From the NCBI GenBank assembly GCA_002269645.1, contig NIVC01000746.1, positions 248,001 through 312,000 of the forward strand: 64,000 nucleotides of DNA, written 5' to 3'. The DNA comes from Macrostomum lignano (taxonomy: Eukaryota). The notes beneath the pieces are model-generated. The model saw only the letters and a program-made list of their open reading frames with translations, ran no database searches and had not been told where the DNA came from. A program made the position numbers and the translations under genes. Numbering within the stretch: the first letter of the stretch is position 1; the number at the start of each line of letters is the position of its first letter. This document shows positions 31,766 to 44,100 of this stretch, in pieces.

Positions 31766-32484
31766 GTAACTTACAGGAAAGCTTCGTGAGAAGCATTCTA
31801 CCTGGATTATTCAGAGTAAAAGAATGGATACAAGTCGGAGACTGCGCCTAGGATTTTAGCAGCATTTTACGTATAAAAGTCCTTTGCTAAGGCAAAATGA
31901 CTAATCTTGAAAATTTGTCATCTGCTATTGGCCAATTCCTTTGCTCACTGATACCCAAAATTCGAGTAAATATTTTCTCAAGCAGGTTCATTGTTCTTAA
32001 ACAATCAGCAAATAAGTAAGATGCGATGAAGCATCATAGAGAGGCTGGATAAATGCAAATTCAATTTCATTTTAACAGCAGTCACTATAAATTTAAAGTA
32101 AACCAACTTTGAAGAGAATGCGTGCATTTAGAAAGGCCCAAAGAAGAGGCTCCAATATAATTACATACTTATTAAATATTTACGCCATCCAGTAGAGAAT
32201 ACGAGCATATTGTTATATTTTTTTATCTCCAAGAAAGAGATCAACCTCGAACACTTGTAAACGAGCGCACTGCGCACCGCAGTGCATGGACACACTTATT
32301 TGCATACTAATTCATACAAAGTAGATCCAAAATGAAATGACCTTGAGAAATTCGCGATATTCTATTAAAGTTACAATAAAAAAATACGAGCTAGTCTGTG
32401 CAGGCAAGCAACTTCAGAACAGTATTGGCGGGTTGGGAGTGGGGAGGGCTTCACGGCAAATCCACGGAAATTTCTCCTGATCTG

Positions 32485-32592
32485 TAATCTCAATCGGGAA
32501 TTTGGGATCTCAATCGGGAATTTGGGATCTCAATCGGGAATTTGGGATCTCAATCGGGAATTCGGGATCTCAATCGGCAATTTGGGATCAAA
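32485..32592. repeat. 20-bp tandem repeat (ctcaatcgggaatttgggat) x5
   Basis: Direct inspection. Confidence 0.92.
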
Positions 32593-34824
32593 AGCATTCG
32601 AAAATCTGGCAGTCGAAAATCTAAAAATCGAAAAATTTTCGGATGATGATGCAGGAGCCTGGCTTCTTCCTCCAAAACCTGGCTGCACTACGTGACACCA
32701 CAGTGAGCACCAAGCACACAACAAAGGCCCGCGGGTATCTCTGAGCACGAGTAGATCCAAAGCAATGTATTTTATTTTCAACTCGCATCGAATTCCACAA
32801 TTCCACAAGGTCCATTGACTCCATGGCTGCAAACCTGTACGCTGAGGCCTTCAACAAGTGGCTGGTGAGCTATGGAAATGCATTGAGAAGGGTGGTGACT
32901 GTGTTGAAAAGTGACTATCCTGCTTGTTCTGGTTGTTTATTTGTTTCCTTAGTTTACAGAACAACTGTCCTATTTTTCACCGGACAACATCGGATTTAAA
33001 TGTTGAATATTTTTCACACTTACCGACGTACAGTTATTCGCTTTGAGTGTAGGGGTTTTGGCAATTGAAAAGCAGTGGAATTCTATTCTATTTTTAGCAC
33101 ACTGAACGCTGAAAAAGTTGACAGTAGTGGATGTGGATTATCACATATGAGTAGTTCCCGAGAGGAACGGGTGGACCGACGACAACAGTTGATCTCAACT
33201 TGTATAGTGGATATATATATACATATACACATATCCACAATTTTTCATCGAGTCCAGGTCACACAAGTAAAGTTGGAGTATATACCAACGTTTATGCATG
33301 TAAACTTGAGACATCGACTCAAATCGGCCATCAGACTCAGAGTCCAGAACATCAGCAATGCCAACAGTAACGAGTAGCCCGATTGTTCCAGCCTTTGACG
33401 CAGAATTCATGCCTCTGGTAGATTGGCAGGTGAGCTTTTGTGATTGCGAGCTTTTGTTGATTGAGTCATCCTAGCCCTGAATGAAACCTGAAATACTCTC
33501 CGGCTTTTCAGAGACAGGCTTTGCAACCTGATGATGATGGTGCTGATGCTGGCTGAGTGATTGCACCTGCACATCAATGCATCAATCAATGTAACTCACA
33601 TTCAACAATTTTTGTTAATGACATTAGCATCAAATACCGGTATTGAGTTTTTATTACCCATAGCTGTTACGTAATTCTGATGATGTTGCGTTAAAATTCA
33701 AAATACACTCATATTCCAGCTCGGGTTCCAGCTCGAAAAAGCAGCAAGCTGCAAAAAGGCGACAAAAGCGAACGAGGACGGACATCGATGAGACGTCAGA
33801 GTCTTCTTGCAGCAGTGTTTAACTTAGTAAAATATGTTTAATATACATGTAGGGCTTACACATATCTTTAATAGCATGTTTACGTCATTCAGCAGCTCTG
33901 GCAGAATTTTTTTGTATATTCTAACTTTATGTTCTAATATTCTGTATGGAATTTGCTGTACTTTCAGTAACAATGTTGATGTGTTTTGTTTACTGGTAAT
34001 AAAAAAAGTGTTATACTATAATTCTTTTTTTTTAACACTTTTTTTTTATTGGTATTGGTATAGTAGCGGCTTGAATAACTTCACAAGATATCTCAGTTTC
34101 TGTGCTAAAATATATCTAGTTATGCTACATTTAATGTAAACTAATGATACATTTATATGAGTTTAGTGAATAAATCTATTGTTCACAGAAGAATACCAAG
34201 TGCAGCTATTGTATCAAATAGGGAAAGAGCATAATAAAGTAAAAAAGTTTACATACCCTCAACTTACTACTTAAAGTAGGGTGTTTTATTTGAAATATTT
34301 CGGGAGTTGCCCAGCGGAGTCGGGGCGCCGACTTGGCGTAGTCCATACCGGCTGCCCAGACGACGGTCGCCCGTCGCTAGGCGCCGCGGTCACCGACCCG
34401 CTGGCGCATCGAAATTTCCCACAGGGATATTGAGGATGATGCACTGCAAATGCTGCATGTGTGAGTTCTGAAAATCGCCCCCGCTCAATCGAACTGAATC
34501 AATTAATCGACATGTCAGGTGATAAAAATTAAACAAAGTTCAAAGCAGCTTCTTGATTTCATGCTACCTGGATGTTACAGGACAGGTGTCATACACTGAC
34601 ACACATACACATATCCACACTGAGTTTCTAATTCACGTGAAATGCTCCGGTCCTGCGACAGTTCTCGAGCTTATTTTTTAAAATATCAAATTAAATTTGA
34701 AGCCTCAGAGTTTGTTGTCCGTCGGTTAGTACTCTTTTAACCTGAGAGTTTCTCTTGTTTGGATTCTAGAGGAGTATCAGAGAGGAATTGGAGTATTGCA
34801 GCCTGACCAGCGTGCGGATGTTAC

Positions 34825-35443
34825 CCGAGCTCTCTGGCCTGCAGGCTGTAGATTCCAAGGTTGCTGCCAACGTCGAGGAACGTTGCAGATTTTGTCGGAA
34901 ACGTTTTTAACAGGTTGAGCATGGTCCATGGGAAACTCAGTTTCCCATGCGCCGCTCTTTAGCAGATGCCCGGAAATCATGTCCTCCTTTGCCGAAGGTG
35001 AATAGCGGCATTGAAGGGCCACCCATTGCTCGGGTTATATTAGCCACAGGGGACCCTTGCCTGACAATGGTGTACATCTGGTGTGGTAAGCCCCTCTTCA
35101 GCTTACACAGGGGAAACTTGCCCCTGACTAACTGGTAGGCCGGCGTCTCCTGACACAGCCGGTGCCGCAGGCTGGGGCTCGTGAAGTCGACGTTGCGGAG
35201 CTCATTGTACGGAGGACAGTTTTTGATCATTTCGACATCGCTCAGCGTTGGTAGCGACTCTGCAGTAATCAGGCCATCGCTTCGAATGAGATGTATCTTT
35301 GAAGCGGTCCAATTTTTTGGCCAAGAAAGGATACGACTCCAATTTGATGCCGTTTATTTTCGATAAAAGAGATTAGTAACAATGATTAGCGCAATCGACG
35401 CACAGGCCAGAAGAAAGAAGAATTTTATTTTCATTGCTGTCAT
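34825..35443 (-). pseudogene. Disrupted (or mis-assembled) type II membrane FkbM-family SAM methyltransferase exon
   Basis: ATG 35443, TM segment KIKFFFLLACASIALIIVTNLFY, in-frame TAA 35356-35354. Then PLFTFG[+1 fs ~34989]KEDMISGHLLKSGAWETEF[+1 fs ~34931]PWTMLNLL...TFLDVGSNLGIYSLQARELG, followed by a possible donor GTAACA. Confidence 0.72.
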
Positions 35444-35983
35444 TTTGGGCAGAATTTTTGCTTTAAACTTGTTTTGAGTTTTTTCTCTCTCTCTTTGAGG
35501 TGATGTTGCTGTAGATGGGCTTGTGCGGCAGCGATTATAATCCGAGAATTTTTTTTAAATAAATATTTTTTTTGTCTTATGGCCGTAGCTAGAAGCCTAC
35601 GACTTTAAGGTCTACCAGGGGCATCCTTCCAGTTCGACTTCAGTACAGTCGCTGGGACAATCGATTATTTTACTAGTTTAGTAGATGAACTTGTGCGCGA
35701 GCAAGAATAATGGAATACGAAGTATTATTGATTTGTCTATGGCCATAGCCAAAAGTGCATGAGCTAAAGACAGCCCTCTGAAATACTCTAATTATAGACA
35801 TCGATGATTCAGAAATGGCTGCCAACGCCCAGACGCCTATGCAGTGTGCGGCATAAGGGATCTGGGGAGAGGGATATTACGCAACATAATTCGCAAATTT
35901 AAGCAGGCCGTCAAAGTCTCCAGGAGATATGAAACCCCACCGAGCATTTCTGGGACTTTATAAATCAAAGAGTTCTCTTTAAG

Positions 35984-36251
<268 letters not shown>

Positions 36252-36706
36252 GAACCAGGGATCGTGGCACGAGAGCCGGAAATGTTTACATTTGATTATA
36301 AAGCTTATGTCCAACTTCAATGTGCAGTTTTTCCTTGGGTTTCTTGAAGATCTGGATTAAGTTTTACGAGTTTGTAGCATTGCCCCGGCTCAGGAATCTG
36401 TAGAAACACAAGTAAGATACGGGAGGAACAGAAAGGCTCTTATCTATCTAGCCTAGGATTGAGTTTCATTGGCTACTGCAACTCCACTGCACTCCACTCC
36501 ACTCCGATTTATCTCCCGGCCTCAATATACGGCGCGCAAAGCGCCAACCAACAGGAGAAGCTGTTTGAGGCAGTCGGTGCACGCCTTTTAGCTGATAGAT
36601 ATACCTCTTATAGCGTTACACCCAGCTCAAGTTGAAAACTTTTCGGCAATAATTTTCATGCTGAAGTTCAAACATTCAAGTCGAAATTTCTCCAAGAAGA
36701 TGCACA

Positions 36707-39700
36707 ATGGTCCGGTGCCAGATCAGGACTCTACTGCAACTAGCAACGGCCGCAAGCCTCACCTGTACGCTATTTTATTGGTTGTTTTGCTTGTCTAATA
36801 GAGCGGCAACTGAGCTCTTTCTGTCGTCTGTATCAGTTTACTGTAGCAACGAATCCACTTTGCACCTGCGGATGATCAGCAAAGATGTACAGCTGCCCAC
36901 AGTGTGCCAGGATCTCAACTGCAAGGCTGCCTACCTCAAGCACCTGCCGCTGGCCAGCAGTTCACATCGGGCAGATGGCCATCATCCCATTCCACCTATT
37001 CGACACCTGTTATGGAAAAATGAATCCGTGTCTGCCTATTTCGCTGAGCAACTGAAAACCTGGCATCGATTTCACCCGGACTGGACTGTGATGCTTTGGC
37101 GTGACCAGGATCTGCAGCCGTTTGTGAAGAAGCATTTTCCTGAAGCGCTGCCACGTTTCATGCAATTGGCGCCGTATACAATCATGCAGGTGGACATGGT
37201 CAGGTACATGCTGCTGTTCAAGGTATGAATGAACTCTTGATAAAAATTAGACTATATAGAAAAATTGCAAAATTTGAACATTTCTCAATGCCTTGACTTA
37301 CTTGACTTAGCTGCAGGGCGGTCCGAAGACGCAGCGGGGAGGCGAGCGTCGCCCATTCCGCTAATCCCTGAAAGACCCGCAAAGGCTAGGGCGCGGGGCC
37401 GGTCAGGGAGGTCTGCCGGTCCTGTCTGCAGCGTTGTCTTCGGTGGGGAAGACGGAGGCTCGTTTGGTGGCCCGGAGGAACCGGATGAGCCGTGGGATGT
37501 TCTCGGGCCGGCAAACGTCGTCCAGGGACGGGTTGGGCCCGAGGTGGTTGAGCCGGTCTCGGTTGAAGGCCGGGCAGTAGCAGACGAAGTGCTTGGCATC
37601 TTCATTCTCGAGGCTGCAGAAGGGGCAGAGTTCACTCCGGCGAACACATCGGAGGAAGCAGTGCCTGGCAAAGCAACCGTGACCTGTGATGCCTCAATAC
37701 CTTTAATAGAGTAGCAATACTTTCGGTTATGCCAACAGCGGTTAAAAGAACAGCAGTAGTTCGGCCACAGCTACATTTAACTGTTCTGCGACACGCTCCG
37801 CAATCCACCGGATTGTCCCAATTAAAATTCTTATAGTTTGAGTGAAAATCGAATTCGTTCAAAATGGATAGCAGAGTGGTGTATTTTAGAATTGAAGCTG
37901 AATAAAATTTGTTAAATCAATTAACAAACGCTGGGAAGAGTCAGTTTTAAGTAATTACTCAATATACTCAGCAGCAGTCAAAAGTTCCACCTTTCTCTTG
38001 CAGCAATTTCTCTTGGAATATTCTGAAATAAAGGATACGAGAAAACTGATCAGGGTAGCTTTAATCCATCCAACATGCGTCACTCGCAAGATTGAGAGAC
38101 TTTACCTGGAATCTTCTGTGATGGCGACTTTTTGATGTTGCTGAGAATATCAGCATCCTCTTGGCATCAAAGCCTCCCTTTAAGACTTGGGGGGGGCTGA
38201 GACCGGAGAAAAGTTGACTATTCGTGTCCGCTTTTTTGGGTCGAGGTATGACTTTATGCAGAGTATTAGTTTTCCACCGAGGAAAAGAAGAGGTGCAACC
38301 TTCATTATTTGGCTAGTCATAAAATTAAGGCACGCGCCAAATTTACCGGGTTAAAAACTGGCTCTACTACTTGCAGTACGGAGGCGTGTACGCGGACCTG
38401 GACTACAGTCTGACTGCCAGTCTGGACGACCACCGTCGCTTCTACGCTGTGGTGACCCGCGAGCCCGAAGCCCACTCGCTGCAGTATTTCAAATTCCAAT
38501 GGCCCCCGAGAACATTGGCCAATCCGGCCTTCCTTATGGCCGCTCCCGGGCACAGCTTCTATCGGCACTGCATCAACTGTCTGCAGATGATGCCATTCAC
38601 CAGGGGCAAGCCGCTCAGCTTTGCCGGTCCATTCGGCCTGACTGCAATACTGGAGCGGTACAGTGCGGCATGTCCTGTGGCCAGCAGTCCACTGGAGACT
38701 GTGTACATTCCGCCATCGTACAGCTTCTATCCCTATGAGGGCAACAAGTTAAACTCGTCAGGCAGCGTCTACATGCCCATGCGACTGGTTTCGCTGAAGA
38801 ATTCTTGCAAACAAGTCAGTGGAACTTGGCCTGAGCAGCTGCAAAAGTGAGAAAGGAACTTATGGCTGTTTTTGGTATTCACTGACTTTCTAGACTTGCA
38901 GTGACTTGTGAGCAGTAATTTATTCGCTTGAGTAGGTTTTAGAATTGGTGCTCTGAGTAGGTTTTAGAATTGGTGCTCTGAGTAGGTTTTAGAATTGGTG
39001 CTCTGAGTAGGTTTTAGAATTGGTGCTCTGAGTAGGTTTTAGAATTGGTGCTCTGAGCAGGTTTTAGAATTGGTGCTCTGAGCAGGTTTTAGAATTGGTG
39101 CTCTGAGCAGGTTTTAGAATTGGTGCTCTGAGCAGGTTTTAGAATTGGTGCTCTGAGTAGGTTTTAGAATTGGTGCTCTGAGTAGGTTTTAGAATTGGTG
39201 CTCTGAGTAGGTTTTAGAATTGGTGCTCTGAGTAGGTTTTAGAATTGGTGCTCTGAGCAGGTTTTAGAATTGGTGCTCTGAGTAGGTTTTAGAATTGGTG
39301 CTCTGAGTAGGTCGCAACCTGTTGCTCCGATCTCAATAAATATCAAGATTTATATGCAGTCATACAAAGCGCATGAACTGTTACCATCGTTCATGCATTA
39401 GTAACCAAACCTTTTAGCATCTTCAGTTAGCCAACTTAATAAAAAAATAACATAATTTATTACACTTGGCCTAATAAGCAGACGTGCAACCGACAGCTCA
39501 GCCGCAGCTATTGCGCGGTGCATCTGAAGGCTGCATACGGCTGTTCGGTCCAAGAACTGCAGGGGGGTCGCCACACACACCCTCAATTACCCCAGCTAAT
39601 GCTGGCACCCATTTTACAGCTGGGTGAGCTGAAGCACTGCAGAATTTAGTGTCTTGCTCAAGGACACAAACTGTTCCGAGTGGGTCGAGAATCGAACCCC

Positions 39701-40010
39701 CGACCTTTCATTCGTGAGCCCGGCGCTCTAACCACTAGGCCACAACCCTCACTAACTTCTGTATGCTAGTTTGACAAAGACTCGTCATCGAATTTGTACC
39801 TGTTTTTCAATTCATCACCCAAGGTACTGCACCGACCCGAACAACCTGGACCCAGTCACTGACAAGACGCAACCCATGATCGCCGTGCACGACAATAAAA
39901 AGATTGGCGCAGTCTACGATGGTGTGGGAACAAGCCACTACTTCCAGAATCTGACGCATCTCAGAAAGCTGTTTGGTTCAAAACTACAGATGGGAGTCGA
40001 GTGGATTTGA
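36707..40010 (+). CDS. GT32 / Gly_transf_sug DXD glycosyltransferase, type II membrane; exons 36707-37222, 38377-38846, 39824-40010
   Basis: N-terminal TM; IPPIRHLLWK, WHRFHPDWTVMLWRDQDL, DMVRYMLLFKYGGVYADLD, PGHSFYRHCI, FAGPFGLT. Splice phases 0 and 2 match. Confidence 0.9.
37290..37870 (-). mobile_element. Frameshifted 3' remnant of a non-LTR retrotransposon in GT32 intron 1
   Basis: Minus frame GITGHGCFARH...CPFC..ENEDAKHFVCYCPAF.RDRLNHLG...RLIRFLRATKR (C-terminal CCHC domain), stop 37405-37403; tail with taagtcaag repeats. Confidence 0.8.
38929..39312. repeat. 25-bp minisatellite (gagtaggttttagaattggtgctct), ~15 copies, GT32 intron 2
   Basis: Direct inspection. Confidence 0.97.
39450..39748 (-). 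mobile_element. SINE family A (CORE-like) copy in GT32 intron 2
   Basis: Reverse complement matches 30069-30362 along its length. Confidence 0.88.
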
Positions 40011-41177
40011 TCACTTCAACAAGATTTGAACTACTCACTCATTTCGAAGCCAAATGCATATGTGTTACAGTTTTGCATGCGAGCAAACCTCAATGTTATT
40101 ATAAACCAACATAAACAATGCCAGTGTGAGCGTTAGTGCGAAAAGTGTGGGAGCCTGACAAAGTCAAACTGTCAAAGAACTTTTGATACATTAACATTTG
40201 ATTTTTTAAAAGTACACACTTGACTGTGGAGCCGGGTCGCCCTGCCCTGCAGCCACTTGGCACTGTGCGCCCGCTTCGACGGACTTCAACGGACCTCAGT
40301 GCGGCGGTGCCATCATTCACGCACTGCAGGCATTCACTTCCTAAATGAGTGATCCTCGTCTTAAGTTTTATTATGCGCTGCTCAAGTAAAACAGCAATTG
40401 AGCTGGATATTGTGTCGATTCTTTAATACCAGGTCTCCCAAATTCTACAAAATAAAAATGTCTATAATATATTCCTTTTAAGCTTTTTTCAGAAAGAATT
40501 GTTATTTTTAGAATTCAGAAATCAGCTTCCGAAAAAAAAACCGCAGAGCGTAATGAACAGTGCCGTTTTTTGTATATAGCTCGTATATTTATAGATTAAT
40601 TTCTCTTGGCGTATTTTTCTTATATTTCTAATGTCAGTAAAGTATTAAGTAGAAGTTCTGTATATTTTAGACTAAGATATTTTTTAGTGTAGGTTGCATT
40701 TTAATTTATCGAGCTGTTAGTTTTATGTACGGTATTTCGTTGGCTGAAAAGCAAGGTATGTATAATTATACCTCTTCTGGCAGCGCCAAATTTATAGTCC
40801 AATGTAAAAACATTTATTTTGCCGGGCCTCGCGCATTGCTCAACTCTTGCCAGAAACAAACAGGCTTCTTACCCTTACGGATTCTAATGTGTTTTATTGG
40901 TACGTTCTGGTGCACAAATTGATTGATTGATTGTGAATTCGTCATTAGACACATGTAAACAATAGTTTGATTGAAGCCAGACCAGTCAGCTATAGGATTC
41001 AGATTTATGTGCTGGGAGGTCCGACAGTATCCGCTGATTTCCTAGAAACTCAGCGAGCGTGTTCGCATCGAACAAAAAAAGTTCGTAACGGATATTTCAG
41101 TTTTCAGAAATAAATTAGAATTTTAGCCAGAATTAGTTTTTTTGCATTACTATTTTATTTTTTTGCAGGCGGCCAAA

Positions 41178-44100
41178 ATGTCCAACTACAACCACAACGG
41201 AGCATCGACGGCCAACGAAGAAAACAATATTTTGGTAAATACTGTGCTGCCAAAGATAATTCCCCAATCGGAACAAAGAGAAAAGACAAATCCAAGTGAG
41301 CAAAAGGTGCAATTGGCACCGGATGCGAATCCGAGGCTGCGAGTTTATTTTCTGGGTAGCTTATTGATTATTTTAGCTGCATCCGTCAGCCTCGCCAATC
41401 TTAGCTATGAAAACCGCCTGCGCTCATTCTCTGGAAACGGCCTTGTTGATGTTGAAACTGCGGAGCGTTGGGCGAGGCATGGGTTTACCAGCGACGGTCT
41501 TGGAGGCGCCAGCTGCTGCCACTGCGGAGCTCACGCGGACAAACTGACTGCTTGCGAGCCCGCTGAGTGCCACGCGAACCAGCAGCCAGAGTGCAGTCTG
41601 CATCAACTGATCCGACTTCTCAATGTTGAACTATCCGTGATGGCGGCTGAAATCGCTTCCCGAGTTGAAAAGCTTTTGACTAAACTTCGAAAACTCTTTG
41701 AGCTGCTTTTGAACGGACAACTGGTTGGCCAGGTTGAATCGTACGGCTTCCCGGAGGACGGCGTGACACTGGCAATAAATAACTACGTCTTCTGTCCAGC
41801 AGATAGAAGCTCAGACCTGAGACCTGGGGACTTAATTCAGATCTTGCACTCTCTGCCGCCTGAGCTGGTGTCATTCTTGGGGGAAGCATTGGCTGGTAGA
41901 GGCTCATTCAGAGACCTGCTGCAACGGGATCTTTCGAGCTGTCTGGGAACCACCGATCGATTACCAGAGCAAGTGGTCGCTGCTCGTATTAACAACGGAA
42001 ACCATGTGTCGAATATCGATTTTGGAGCCACGATGCCGTAAGATTCTGTATTTGTTTGCTCGATCGAATTTGTGCTTTAACTCTGCTTTTTGCTTGTGCT
42101 TTGTTCTTTGCTGCAATATACCACACCCACTCAATTCGGTCCTGCGAGCAGTGGATTTCGTCTGAAAGGTAAAAGCCCACACGGATTCATAGAGGCACCT
42201 AGGGTTCTATGACCAGATCTGTCGTTTCGTTCCAATCATGTTCCCACCCGATTTACCGGGCAGCAATGGGAGTGATCGTTCGGTCACTATCTATGGAAAA
42301 GACATACTGAACAATTACATTGTAGTATAGCATTTTGCAAGCTGATAGAGACTACGAGCAAGCAATTTAATCCAAGATAGCAAAAACACATGTATTTCGA
42401 GCCTCACTGCTAGTTGTCTATGGTAAAAAGTGTGTCAAACTGGCAGGCAATTTAATCCTTGGACTCAGGCTTGGAGCACTCATTTAAGCACTGAAATCCA
42501 TAAACAGCGCTGTCTATGCCGTTCTACTCTCAGTTTTTCAACATGTCAGACGAAAGTGACCAAGCCAGCACCATTTTTGAAGACATCGACGGAATCGCTG
42601 CCGAAGATGCCGGAGCGCAACCTGTGCAATATGCTAAGATTAGCGACGAAAAGCATAGATTGATAATCGACGCTATCGACAGAGGCGATAACAACAGAAG
42701 CATTGTGCGCTGGCTAAATGTAAAGGCTAAGACCGTTGCGAGCATTCGAAGACGGTACAAAACTACTGGCCGCAGTGAACGGCTGCGACGTGGTGGTGAC
42801 CAAAAATCCTCTCTTGACTTTAAAACAGATGCAGTTTTAAAGAAATTACTGGATCATTTTCCTGAAGTGCAAGTGAGTGAAGTTCTGTTGTGTGTTTCTT
42901 TATATGCAGGTTTCGTTAAGTGAACTTTTTTGCTCAACCTTGTTCTACGTCGTAACTTTTTCATATGGAGCTTCTTTTTAAGACTTTTCTTTTAAGACAC
43001 ACTTTTTACCATAGACAGCTAGCTTGGATTAAATTGCTTGCTCGTTGTCTCTACTAGCTTGCAAAATGCTATACTAGCATTGAATGGAGAATACTACTTT
43101 TAACTGGAGTGAAATACGAGTACTAAAATACGAGTAAAGTATAGATTAGGATTTTCGACCATAGACAAAGATTTCGATTTATGCAGTCGCTTTTCGACCA
43201 TAGTTTCGACCATAATTTTCGACCATAGGTTGATCTGGATGCTGTTGAAATATCGTCTCTTCCCCAAAGAGTACGCGTGAGCAGATGTATAACTAGCATG
43301 GGGAAGCGTTTGTGAATTTCCGAAGAATCGGTCCGCTGACAACGCTCGCGATATGCCTTCACCCATGCTGAACAAGTATCCGCTGACAACGAAAACGCGG
43401 AGGATGGCATCGTGAAATGATGGGCTACAGCTTCACCGCTGTATCACTGGCCTACCGATTCTCTGAGCTTGATAACTTTCGAAACTGACTATACCACGAT
43501 GGTTTCTATTCTGTTGTCTTGTTCCGCATTGCGTTGCCTTGTCTTGTTGGACCCTGGGATGCATGATGACTGATCTACATAGATTTTAAAAAGCTTGCAT
43601 GCAATTGACTGCTCGCAGGATCAAATTGATTAGAACGACAACCTTGGCCTTAGAACCTCAAAGACTCTCAGACTGTGTGTTTTTCAACATTCAGAACTAA
43701 ACTGACTGCTCGCGGGACGCCAACTTAAGCTACGGAATGGAGCCCGAAGTAAAGCTTCAATCTGATCAACGAATAAAAACTGAAACGATATTCATCCTGC
43801 ATACTCTTTTTTGTTCAGGTAGAAGAAATTCTGTATACACAAGCATGCATATCGGATTTTCGCCTCGTACCCTGATTAGATTTGAAGACATCTCCATCAC
43901 CATGAAGAATCACCATGCAGACCGTCAATAAATTCAACAGTTCAGTCGAAAGTGCAAGTCACCAACTGCGTGCCAACACACTGGAATTATTTTTTACAAT
44001 TTTGCCATCTGAGTTAAAGATTAACATTAACATTGTTTGGGGGGGGGGGAACAATAACAACCAGTGGTCTGGCGCGGCGCTCTGATGTGCCAGCGGCCCA

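Noticed and set aside
32600-34500. Short GC-richer patches with possible exon signals
   Set aside because: No consistent frame or recognisable domain on either strand; could not be linked to neighbouring genes.
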